Source of the DNA: Candidatus Falkowbacteria bacterium
GTDB lineage: Bacteria; Patescibacteriota; Patescibacteriia; Patescibacteriales; SZUA-104
Assembly: GCA_027020105.1 (NCBI GenBank)
Contig: JALUVW010000077.1
Location: forward strand, 1 to 36,542
DNA: 36,542 nucleotides
Direction: 5' to 3'
Each line of letters begins with the position of its first letter. Position 1 is the first letter of the stretch. The position numbers and the translations under genes were made by a program. The notes below the pieces were generated by a model. That model did no database searches and was not told the origin of the DNA. It was given only the letters and a program-made list of their open reading frames with translations. Below, one piece after another: positions 1 through 8,335 of this stretch.

Positions 1-3000
1 GTATCGTGCAGTTTTCCACGCAATTTCCGGAGGCTCCGCAAGCATCGCCCAAATTCGCGGTTGACGGGCATCTGCCGCTGCCGTCACTGCAAACAAAATA
101 ATCTCCCCACGGCTCCCACAATCCATTAGTGGTAACCGGCGGCCAAGGGTTCTCGCAAATAAACACCCACGCGTTGGCTTTGCCTGTATATTTCTCTTCT
201 CCGTCTTCGGCGCTGCCTGAAACATCCGCCGTAGCCGATATTACCGCCTTGTTGTCGGTAATGCCCTGTTGAGCCTCGTATAATTGTTCGTAATTATCCG
301 CCGAAAACGGACTATCCGGGTCAAGATCCACGACCGCGTCATTGTTTGAGTTCCAAAGCCAATCCCATTCGTAAACTCCGGCAACCTCGGACAAGCTTTG
401 TCCGTCGGCGGAAACCGCCCAAGCGGCAAACACCTTGTCTCTGTCTTTTATCGTGTCAAAGCTGTCATCTCCCGAATTGGCGTCATTCTCCTTTATGTCA
501 TCCTTTGTGGTTTTAAACAAATATGAATCGGGCGTAATGTTCACGTGGTCTATTTTGCAAATTCCGCTGTTCGGCGACTGTTCATCTATGGTGGTAAACG
601 ACCAAACGTATCCATAATATTCTTTTCCGTTAAAGGTTCTGTCAATTAAATCCACCGTCCCGCCCTCGCTAACAGTGAGGTTCGTGCCGTTAATATCGCG
701 CCAATCATCCGCCATGCCGATTCCTCTATAATTTAAAACCCCCTCGTTATTATCGTCATCCAAGTTGTTGTCGCCTTTGATAATCACATAATACGCGGTT
801 TTGGCGTCCAATAAATTTTTGGGAGAAAAAGTCAAAGTGGTGTTGCCGTCGGAATTCTGAACGCTGCTTACCGTTCCGGAAATGGCGCAGAAATTGTCCG
901 ACAAAGCTCTTGCGCCGGGAAATATCGGAGACAATATTTTCGCTATAATTCTTTTAATTCCCATCCACGCTTTATCGGCCACTCCCTTGTTGTTAACGGT
1001 TAAATATTCGGTGCCCGGCGGACATAGCCGCTCTCCGTAATTGCCCACCATAATCACATTGCCGTTAAAACTTGATACGTCCATTTTCTGGTTAAAATCA
1101 ACGGTAACCAAAGAGTTTCGGCAAACATTCGCGGCTCCGTTGTCCGGAGAAACGGTTTCAATTTTCGGGCCGGCGGGGCAATAAGTTTCGCCGGCGTCTC
1201 CTTCGCAGCCCACGTCGCAGCATACGTTATCGTCGCATAAATACTCCTCCGGAGCGCAATTCGCGCATAAACTGGCGTCGGCGTCCAAGCACCCCCCTGA
1301 TGCCGTTGAGCAGCAAACCGTTCCGCATTCCTCTTCTTCCGGGCCGCAAACGGTCGGGCAAAAAGTGTTGCCGGGAGGGCCTTCGCAAGCGGTCGGACAA
1401 CACGAAGAGTCGTCGCACAATTCATTGGGAGGAAGGCAGTCCGAGATCTTGTCTCGGCACACGCCGGCCGGATAATCGGCGTCATTCAATTCGCAATATT
1501 TTCCGCTTGTGCCTTCGCAGTTGCACGCCGCGTCGCTCAAAGCTTGGTCCGGCACCCCTCCCACTTCAATCCTGCATCCGGAACATTCGCCGAAACCCGA
1601 TCCGTCATCCGTGGTATCGCTGCCGCATGTCCCCGCGCAAACCAAGCCGGTGCAGCAATCGCGCGCGTCCTGGCCTATTTCACAACAACATTCGCAAGAA
1701 GCTTCGTCGGTCATCTCGCATCTTTCGGACAATGTGTTGCATACCGATCCGGCCAGACAAATGTCCTGATCCACTCCGCAAACCCCCTCCCCGTCGCCGT
1801 CGTTATCGTCAAAACAAACAAAGCCGCTGTCGCAAAGACTGCAGGTATCGGCGGTAACGGAATCAACGCACTTATCGCCGGAAGCCCTTATCCATCCGTC
1901 CGGACACGAAGCGCCGGTATTGATATGCCAAACATTATAAGTATTCAAGCCGTCATTGTATTCGGAACAATATTTAACAACGGTTTTTCCAAAAATATCT
2001 TGAGCGGTTGAGTTCAGGCTGCAACCCCCCTGCGTATTGTCAACGCATTTGTTTAAATTGAGATTATAAGCGCAGGAAGGAGCGGCGCACGCGCCCACGC
2101 CGTCGCAATCAGCGTCCGAACATCCGCCCATATCCACGGTTTCTCCCCCGGGGTAAGGCGAACATCGGCCGGGAGAGTTGGGGCAAAATTCAGTATCTTG
2201 GCATTGGTTTAAATTATAGCCGGAGCATGTGCTCGGCGCCTGACAGGTGCATGTGCCTGGATCGCAGATCAATCCCTGTCCGCAGCTGCCGTCGTCTTCG
2301 CATAAAGAAGTGGAATCATTCAAGTCGCAGCTATCGCCGACATTGCCTCCCGCGTCCGTGCTGAAATCCCACTCGTAAACCGAACTGGAAATATCCACAT
2401 AGCAATCGTCCGTCGTCGCTTCGCATCTTCCCTCCTTGTAGGTTCCGGGCGGACAGCATATTTGCGCTCCGCAGGCGTCATCAGAATTGTCTTGCTCGGT
2501 GCACAAGCCCACCGTAAAATTGATTCCGTTTCCCTCATCACCGCTTTGCGCGACTCTTACCGGACCGCTGACCGCGTTATTGTGAACGGTCGTGTCTATT
2601 CTTTGCGCGTCGCCATCGGGGCCCCAATAAGTTATCGCCGTTCCGCTTTGGTCGTTATTCAAATGAAACCTGACCAAACCGGTGGCTTGCTCCCCGAAAT
2701 ATTCTCCCCATAAAGATATGTCGCTGTTGTTAAGCCCCACCGTGGGCTGAATTTTGCATAAACTCGGTTTAAGGGACAAGCTTTCATCGTATTTAAAAGT
2801 ATTGTCAACGGTTGCCGTGGGAATAATTCCGCTTGAATCAATCGGCCCATCCCATCCTTGAACATCTATGACTATGTAATAATCGGTCAAATTAACCAAC
2901 CCCGGCGGCGCCTTGACTATAATTTGATTATCAGACCACAGGCTGTCGCCGCAAATATCCGGAAAGTCATAACTCGCCTCCACGCCGTCAACGGCGTCGC

Positions 3001-5272
3001 CAAGATTATCGTCAAAATAAACACGGTGAGTCGTTCCTATTTGATCCTTGGTGGCATTGCCGAATCCGCTGCCGTAAATAGTCACGTATTGGCCCTGACT
3101 TCCTTTAATCGGGCTAAAAGAAGTGATTTGCGGGCCGGTTTTCGGTTCCGGCTTCTTCGTGAACCGCAAAAAATTACTGTTCACGTCTATATTGTTTTGT
3201 TTAATCGCCGTAAAGGCGGTGGTTTTTCCCGTTTGCATATTCGGCACATCGGCCGTTCCCTCCGTATCGCCGTTAAATACCGAGTTTAAAGCGTTGATAT
3301 TGTCAACGGCGCTGCCAAATTTCGCCGTGGCGCCGTTTAAGCCTATGCCGTAATAAGTGACGGTATCGTTCATTGCGCCGGCGTCCGGGTCCAACAGGCA
3401 AATCCCCGGGCGTTCAATGCCGTTAACAACAAAATCAAAATCCGGTCCCCGTCCGTCCGCGCTCCGCGTGCTGTCTGAAAATCCGTTATCGGCCGTAACC
3501 GTAATCGTTGTTCCCGGTCCGAGACTTAAACCGTCGGGAACGACAACGACTATTTGGTTGTCGCTCCAGCTACCGGAACAATTCTCGTTTACGGTATCCG
3601 CCAAACTGGCGGTAAACTCATTTACGCCATCGTTAAACACCACCGAACCGCTTCCTTGAATATCGTTAAAATATCGCCCGCCAATAGTCACTAAATTGCC
3701 GCTCGCTCCGTTGGGAGTGCCGGTGTCGCAAGTGGTTCCGCAGTCGCTGTCGTCTCGGCACGGCACGTTATTGTCGTCGTCGCAAAATCCGCCCGAAGGT
3801 TCAACCCAATCAATAATCGGAGCGTTTTGGCAAAGGCAGCAACTTGACACGTCCGCGCCGTATCCGCTCGCGGAACAAGCGTCAAGATCGGAGCCGGCGG
3901 AAGAACAAAATCCGGAAGCGCACAGATCGTCGCTGCAGCTTGTCGCCGGCATATTTTCCGCGTCAATGGCGCACGCCGATCCTTCACAGGCCCCGCATTC
4001 ACCTCCGCAGTCAACGCCCTCTTCTCCGTCGGCCGTGTCTTGGACCCCGTTACAGCAATGCGCCGCCTTAACGGTAATCGTTTTGTTGTCGCCCGCGCTG
4101 CGGCTGTCAATATCATAAGCGGTGGCGGTTATCGTTACCGCGTCTCCCGGAGCGTAACCGCTCGCGTCCCATAAAGTATTGGCGCTAAACGGCGAGTCGC
4201 CGTCGGAATTGACGACGGTGTCAATGCTCGCGCCGTCAGCCGAAAACTCTATGCTGTCCACGCCGCTATCATCGGCGCCGTTCGCCAGTAATTCATTGTC
4301 GGGAACGGCGCATATTTGCCCGAGGCCGAGATTTACCGTGGGGTCTTCGCAATCAATCAAATCTCCCACATTAAACGTGATGGAGCAATCCGTTCCCGAG
4401 CCGGGGCAAGACAGCTGAATGTCGCCCACGCTTAAAATGCCGGCCGGACCGTCAACCGCCGTGACCGTTACTTGCTCTCCGGCGTTGAAACAATTGGTTG
4501 CTCCGCACAAATTGCTTCCGCAATCTCCGTCCGGCGTAAATATGATTCGTTTTCCGTCAACTTCCCTGGTCCCGGGAATAGGATCCCCGTCCCCGTTTGT
4601 TACGGTAAAATTCGTGTCATCAATAAAATTGGTATCGCCGACATACAAATTAAAAGAATACCTGATTTTTATGTTTCTGATCACGTTGACATCGCCGTCG
4701 TTGGGGGAGGTGGAGCTAACGTTAAATTCCGGAGGAAAATCGCAAGAATCGGCGCACCCGAAAGAACAACACACTTCGGTCGCGTCGCAAGTGTAGCTGC
4801 AATCGGTCCATGATTCGTTTACGCAGGTTTGCGTTCCCAGATTGGCGCAGCCGCAAGTCTTGACCGCGCCATTCTCGCATAACCCGCCGGTAGCGGTCAA
4901 TAATTTATTCAGGACAAATGTGGTGGCGCCGAAAGAAAGCAAAATTATCAATAATCCGATTATGGCGCCGGACAACACTTTTCTGGCTTTGTCGATTTTT
5001 TCCATATTGCCGGCGGCGGACATCCAAAGCCAGCCGGCGTATATCGTCAGTCCCAAAGCGATAATACCCAAAAAGCCCAAGGCCACTCTGATAATATTGG
5101 CCGCCAATATCCGCGGATCTTCGCTTCCCAGACCTATGGTATTGCCGATTTCATTCTGCGTCCCGCCCCAAAGCAGATTATCGGCGCTTTGCGCCAAAGC
5201 GAAATTAACCGCGGCGGACATGGCTGTTAACACGAAAAATATGATTATTAAATTTTTTGTTTTTTTCAACAT
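1..5272 (-). CDS. Giant cysteine-rich cell-surface protein, partial (C-terminus lies beyond the left edge). Signal peptide plus two-TM TrbC/VirB2-like pilin-type hairpin, then SbsA/Big_5-like Ig domains, a disintegrin-like Cys motif, three IPT/TIG-like domains, a ~440-aa very Cys-rich region and a further Ig-like domain.
   Basis: It is absent from the ORF track only because it has no stop in the window. Hand translation of the minus strand from ATG 5272 (MLKKTKNLIIIFFVLTAMSAAVNFALAQSADNLLWGGTQNEIGNTIGLGSEDPRILAANIIRVALGFLGIIALGLTIYAGWLWMSAAGNMEKIDKARKVLSGAIIGLLIILLSFG...) stays open for 1,757 codons down to position 2. Recognisable pieces: CCNGVQDTADGEEGVDCGGECGAC (~4050-3980); IPT-like GTPNGASGNLVTIGGRYFND...SWSDNQIVVVVPDGL (~3720-3500); SPIKGSQGQYVTIYGSGFG...LWSDNQIIVKAPPG (~3110-2900); a third IPT-like unit at ~2760-2480; 62 Cys in ~440 aa between ~2460 and ~1140; SbsA_Ig-like ETVSPDNGAANVCRNSLVTVDFNQKMDVSSF (~1175-1060). 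The short ORFs listed at 241-5312 are other-frame or antisense shadows. Confidence 0.85.
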   Translation of the reverse strand, partial: MLKKTKNLIIIFFVLTAMSAAVNFALAQSADNLLWGGTQNEIGNTIGLGSEDPRILAANIIRVALGFLGIIALGLTIYAGWLWMSAAGNMEKIDKARKVLSGAIIGLLIILLSFGATTFVLNKLLTATGGLCENGAVKTCGCANLGTQTCVNESWTDCSYTCDATEVCCSFGCADSCDFPPEFNVSSTSPNDGDVNVIRNIKIRYSFNLYVGDTNFIDDTNFTVTNGDGDPIPGTREVDGKRIIFTPDGDCGSNLCGATNCFNAGEQVTVTAVDGPAGILSVGDIQLSCPGSGTDCSITFNVGDLIDCEDPTVNLGLGQICAVPDNELLANGADDSGVDSIEFSADGASIDTVVNSDGDSPFSANTLWDASGYAPGDAVTITATAYDIDSRSAGDNKTITVKAAHCCNGVQDTADGEEGVDCGGECGACEGSACAIDAENMPATSCSDDLCASGFCSSAGSDLDACSASGYGADVSSCCLCQNAPIIDWVEPSGGFCDDDNNVPCRDDSDCGTTCDTGTPNGASGNLVTIGGRYFNDIQGSGSVVFNDGVNEFTASLADTVNENCSGSWSDNQIVVVVPDGLSLGPGTTITVTADNGFSDSTRSADGRGPDFDFVVNGIERPGICLLDPDAGAMNDTVTYYGIGLNGATAKFGSAVDNINALNSVFNGDTEGTADVPNMQTGKTTAFTAIKQNNIDVNSNFLRFTKKPEPKTGPQITSFSPIKGSQGQYVTIYGSGFGNATKDQIGTTHRVYFDDNLGDAVDGVEASYDFPDICGDSLWSDNQIIVKAPPGLVNLTDYYIVIDVQGWDGPIDSSGIIPTATVDNTFKYDESLSLKPSLCKIQPTVGLNNSDISLWGEYFGEQATGLVRFHLNNDQSGTAITYWGPDGDAQRIDTTVHNNAVSGPVRVAQSGDEGNGINFTVGLCTEQDNSDDACGAQICCPPGTYKEGRCEATTDDCYVDISSSVYEWDFSTDAGGNVGDSCDLNDSTSLCEDDGSCGQGLICDPGTCTCQAPSTCSGYNLNQCQDTEFCPNSPGRCSPYPGGETVDMGGCSDADCDGVGACAAPSCAYNLNLNKCVDNTQGGCSLNSTAQDIFGKTVVKYCSEYNDGLNTYNVWHINTGASCPDGWIRASGDKCVDSVTADTCSLCDSGFVCFDDNDGDGEGVCGVDQDICLAGSVCNTLSERCEMTDEASCECCCEIGQDARDCCTGLVCAGTCGSDTTDDGSGFGECSGCRIEVGGVPDQALSDAACNCEGTSGKYCELNDADYPAGVCRDKISDCLPPNELCDDSSCCPTACEGPPGNTFCPTVCGPEEEECGTVCCSTASGGCLDADASLCANCAPEEYLCDDNVCCDVGCEGDAGETYCPAGPKIETVSPDNGAANVCRNSLVTVDFNQKMDVSSFNGNVIMVGNYGERLCPPGTEYLTVNNKGVADKAWMGIKRIIAKILSPIFPGARALSDNFCAISGTVSSVQNSDGNTTLTFSPKNLLDAKTAYYVIIKGDNNLDDDNNEGVLNYRGIGMADDWRDINGTNLTVSEGGTVDLIDRTFNGKEYYGYVWSFTTIDEQSPNSGICKIDHVNITPDSYLFKTTKDDIKENDANSGDDSFDTIKDRDKVFAAWAVSADGQSLSEVAGVYEWDWLWNSNNDAVVDLDPDSPFSADNYEQLYEAQQGITDNKAVISATADVSGSAEDGEEKYTGKANAWVFICENPWPPVTTNGLWEPWGDYFVCSDGSGRCPSTANLGDACGASGNCVENCTI

Positions 5273-5280
5273 TTTAATTA

Positions 5281-5397
5281 AATCAAAATTTAAAAATCAA
5301 AAATCAAAATGACAATTTAAAGTATAAAATTTATACAGTTTAATAATTTTAAATTCCGCATTGTCATTTTCCATTTTGCTTTTTGGTTTTTACATTT
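5281..5397. repeat. AT-rich inverted-repeat element E1 (heptamer-built arms) between the two giant genes
   Basis: Left arm taaaaatcaaaaatcaaaatgacaat (5291-5316) pairs with right arm attgtcattttccattttgctttttggttttta (5360-5393). The ~43-nt loop is AT-rich. Confidence 0.8.
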
Positions 5398-8016
5398 TTA
5401 TGGGCATTCGCTCCCGGCCGTCAACACCTCTCCGCAACAAGAAGGAAAAGCTTCCGTGGCCGCGCAATTCGGTCCGGCGCTCGGCTTAAAACAGTTTTGG
5501 TATATGTCTTTAACGCCGGAACCGACTTGCGAACGATAACTGGTCGCGTCGGAAAGCATTGAATGGTTAATCCGCGCCACCGTATAATCAGGGTATCCGT
5601 CCAAAGGGGGCGTATCAACGTTTTCTTTGGTAATCCAATAGCCGATCGGTTTGTTGTTGAAATTTCTGATATTTATCAATTTATGCTCAACCTTATTGTC
5701 GCCGTTGGACACCGTCTTGCTGCCGGTTTTCAAACTGTCCGACATCATCACCTTGCTGAAAGAAACCAATACCGGCTCGTTAAGAGAAACCCCCGAATAA
5801 TTATGTTCCGGTGAAATAAGATTGATTTTCGGCGGAGCCAAATCTATCGCGTCGCTAATATAAAACGACCACCGAAAATTATCCCCTCCCGGCCCTCCGG
5901 TATTTTCATTATAAAACGACACGGGAGCGTCGGCTTCTCCGTTTCTGTTGCCGTCCAATGAGTTGGAGGCGGTATCGGCAATTCCTTCCAACGGATAATT
6001 CGCGAGAGGATAATTTACGCCGTCTGAGTTTTGGCAAGCGTAGGAGGTTCCGACACTCGCGCAATTATTGTACGGCGTCTTATAAGCGCAATCGCTGTCG
6101 CCGGCGCATACGTCCAGCCGAGCGGCGACCATATCCACTTTTAAATTGGCGTTCTCCGGCAGGCAGTAAATCTTTTCTCCGCACCCGTTTACTCCGCATT
6201 GGTTGTCGGAGACAAACTCAACCGTTTTATAATTGTTGGAAACCGTAAAGCTGCCGCGAACGCAGACATCCGAACCGCAGTCAAAAAATTCCGAACCCGT
6301 ACAATCGCCGCTTACGCATTTTACGGCTATATAATCCTGCAAACTCTCGGCGTCGCCCGAAACCGTCAAAGGATTTACGGCTTCATTAAAGTTGATTTGT
6401 ATAACGGAGTTTCTCGGCTGATCCTTCTTGTCGTTTACGATGGTCGTCACTTCCCTGTCAGTTCCGCCGGACATGGGCGTTATGTCAATGGCGTCCGTAT
6501 TGCTGGTCGCCAACACAATATTGTTTCCGGAGCTGCCGGCGACTTTGGCGGTCACGAAAATTGAGCTTCCGGAGGTGACAAAACTGCCAAGAAGAGGATT
6601 TTTAACCAAAACGCCGGTAATATTGGACGCGGTCGCGGCCGTGGTTCCGCCAATGGCGATGTCCTCTCCGAAAACATAGGTTATATCGCCCGCGGTCAAT
6701 GTGTCCGCTTTTTGCTCGGCGGTGATGTCAACATTCCAAGAATTGCCGGCGCCGTAAGCGCCGTCGCCGGCAACGGTTAAGGTAAAATAACCCGGGAAAG
6801 TTACGGACGATCCGTTAAACGCGGCGGAACCGAGCAACACGCTTCCTTTGCTTAATTGCGCGGTTGAACCGTCCGATAAAATCGTAACCGTTAAAATTCC
6901 GCTCTCTTGATTGCCGCTGTCGGCAACCGCCTCGGCGTCGTTCCAATCGGCTCCCGACGGATTTTTGCCAACGCTCGCGACAACGGCGGGAACATAAACG
7001 TTCGGCTGGCCAACCACTCTTATGACGCCGCTTGCCGCCACGGCGTCGGTTATCGCGCCAACTTCGTCTTGCTCGTTGTCGGGCACGGGGAAAACGCCGC
7101 CTTCTTTAACTTGCGGCGGAGTCAGGTCCACTTTATTGCTGACTTTAAACTGCCACTCCATATAGTCGGCCGAACAAGTGGAGAAAATGCCGTTATTCGC
7201 GCCGCTCTTATCTCTTTTTTCTATTTCATTGGTTAAATGAACCGTATACCAAATATGCTCCGACGGCGAACCCAAATATTCAGTCGGAATAAAGACAAAA
7301 GTTTTATTGTCATTGGTGGCCACATTCACTTCAAGAACGTTTCCGTCGCAAGGGGGGCCGCAAGCGTCGCCGGCCGCGGTCTTGTAAATTCTGACATTTT
7401 CCGGAATTATATATTCTCCGGCATCGCAAACGCCGTTATTGTTGCCGCCCGCGTCATCGCAAAGAGTTGTCGGGTCAACCTCTTCCTTAAAAGTAATGAT
7501 AATGGCGGTGTTTCTCGGGACTTCTTCCTGGTTCGGCTCCGGATAAACGCTCTCAACCGTGCAACTCCCCAAGGCGCCGAGCCCCGTGCCCGCGTCGGGC
7601 GGACCGGCTCCCGGCCCCGGACCGCCGACTCTGGTCGCTCCCAAAAACTTGCTTAAAATAAACGTAACGATGCCGAACGACAACAAAATAATGGCCAGCC
7701 CGATAACCGCGTTTCTTAAAACTTGCTTGGCTTTTGTTATTCGCGATTCTTCGCCCCCCGAAGTCATCCAAAGAAATCCGGCATACATTATCAGGCCGAC
7801 AGCGATAATACCCAAGAAACCGATAAACACTCTGATTATTTTGGCCGCCAATATTCGCGGATCTTCGCTTCCCAACCCTATGGTGTTGCCGACTTCGTTC
7901 TGCGTCCCGCCCCAGAGCAAATTGTCCGCGCCTTGCGCCAAAGCGAAATTAACCGCGACGGACATGGCTGTCAACACGAAAAATATGACAATTAAATTTT
8001 TTGTTTTTTTTAGCAT
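5398..8016 (-). CDS. Large surface protein (872 aa), paralog of the giant gene. It has the same signal peptide and pilin-type two-TM hairpin, a Gly/Pro linker, several SbsA/Big_5-like Ig domains and Cys-rich segments.
   Basis: ORF-track protein. The N-terminus MLKKTKNLIVIFFVLTAMSVAVNFALAQ...IIRVFIGFLGIIAVGLIMYAGFLWMTSGGEESRITKAKQVLRNAVIGLAIILLSFGIVTFIL is ~75-80% identical to the first ~125 aa of the 1-5272 protein. Big_5-like segments: VESVYPEPNQEEVPRNTAIIITFKEEVDPTTL, DLTPPQV, DQPRNSVIQINFNEAVNPLTV, DLAPPKINLISPEHNYSGVSLNEPVLVSFSKVMMSDSL. Confidence 0.85.
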   Translation of the reverse strand: MLKKTKNLIVIFFVLTAMSVAVNFALAQGADNLLWGGTQNEVGNTIGLGSEDPRILAAKIIRVFIGFLGIIAVGLIMYAGFLWMTSGGEESRITKAKQVLRNAVIGLAIILLSFGIVTFILSKFLGATRVGGPGPGAGPPDAGTGLGALGSCTVESVYPEPNQEEVPRNTAIIITFKEEVDPTTLCDDAGGNNNGVCDAGEYIIPENVRIYKTAAGDACGPPCDGNVLEVNVATNDNKTFVFIPTEYLGSPSEHIWYTVHLTNEIEKRDKSGANNGIFSTCSADYMEWQFKVSNKVDLTPPQVKEGGVFPVPDNEQDEVGAITDAVAASGVIRVVGQPNVYVPAVVASVGKNPSGADWNDAEAVADSGNQESGILTVTILSDGSTAQLSKGSVLLGSAAFNGSSVTFPGYFTLTVAGDGAYGAGNSWNVDITAEQKADTLTAGDITYVFGEDIAIGGTTAATASNITGVLVKNPLLGSFVTSGSSIFVTAKVAGSSGNNIVLATSNTDAIDITPMSGGTDREVTTIVNDKKDQPRNSVIQINFNEAVNPLTVSGDAESLQDYIAVKCVSGDCTGSEFFDCGSDVCVRGSFTVSNNYKTVEFVSDNQCGVNGCGEKIYCLPENANLKVDMVAARLDVCAGDSDCAYKTPYNNCASVGTSYACQNSDGVNYPLANYPLEGIADTASNSLDGNRNGEADAPVSFYNENTGGPGGDNFRWSFYISDAIDLAPPKINLISPEHNYSGVSLNEPVLVSFSKVMMSDSLKTGSKTVSNGDNKVEHKLINIRNFNNKPIGYWITKENVDTPPLDGYPDYTVARINHSMLSDATSYRSQVGSGVKDIYQNCFKPSAGPNCAATEAFPSCCGEVLTAGSECP

Positions 8017-8035
8017 TGAATTTTTAGCATTAAAA

Positions 8036-8232
8036 TTAAAATGTAAATAGCAAAAATCAAAATGACAGTGTAAAATTTAAAATTAATTTTAGAAAATATT
8101 ACATAATCGGATTGCCGGCGCTTCTGATAAGCTTATAGATAAGCTATATTAAACGCGCTAAGGACCGGTAAAATAATTTTGCGTTTTTAATTGTCATTTT
8201 CCATTTTGATATTTAATTTTTAAATTTACATT
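8036..8232. repeat. AT-rich inverted-repeat element E2 (~200 bp, MITE-like), homologous to E6 in the opposite orientation
   Basis: Arms are caaaaatcaaaatgacagtg (8051-8070) and aattgtcattttccattttgatatt (8189-8213). The first ~60 nt and last ~45 nt align at ~90-95% with the reverse complement of 14995-15196. Confidence 0.8.
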
Positions 8233-8259
8233 GACTAATCCACAGTTTTGCTATTTAAT
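8231..8259 (+). promoter_or_regulatory. Candidate sigma70-type promoter for rel
   Basis: TTGACT (8231-8236), 17-nt spacer, TTTAAT (8254-8259), about 75 nt upstream of ATG 8336. Confidence 0.3.
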
Positions 8260-8335
8260 GATATTATACCATAAATAAAACCAAGCCATCAAATTCGGCG
8301 ATACGGAGTTTGCGAGTTAAGCGGCCATAGATTCT

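Noticed and set aside
241-5312. About twenty short ORFs (60-185 aa) listed on both strands across the first 5.3 kb.
   Set aside because: None is in the frame of the 1,757-codon open frame that starts at 5272. Their products are Arg/Pro/Ser-rich with no recognisable motifs, as expected for off-frame or antisense shadows of a GC-rich, Cys/Gly/Asp-rich gene.
1-8016. The giant proteins might be type IV pilins for the nearby PilB, or targets of a diversity-generating retroelement.
   Set aside because: The N-termini have a signal-peptidase-I type signal and a two-TM hairpin, not a G/FTLIE prepilin leader. No reverse transcriptase, template/variable repeat pair or C-type-lectin-like C-terminus is visible in the window. 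The C-terminus of the giant gene is off-window, so DGR targeting there cannot be excluded.
7559-8050. Plus-strand ORF of 163 aa, and its twin at 4842-5312, whose hydrophobic sequences are mutually similar.
   Set aside because: Both are antisense to the conserved N-terminal anchor modules of the two large minus-strand genes. Their similarity only mirrors that paralogy.
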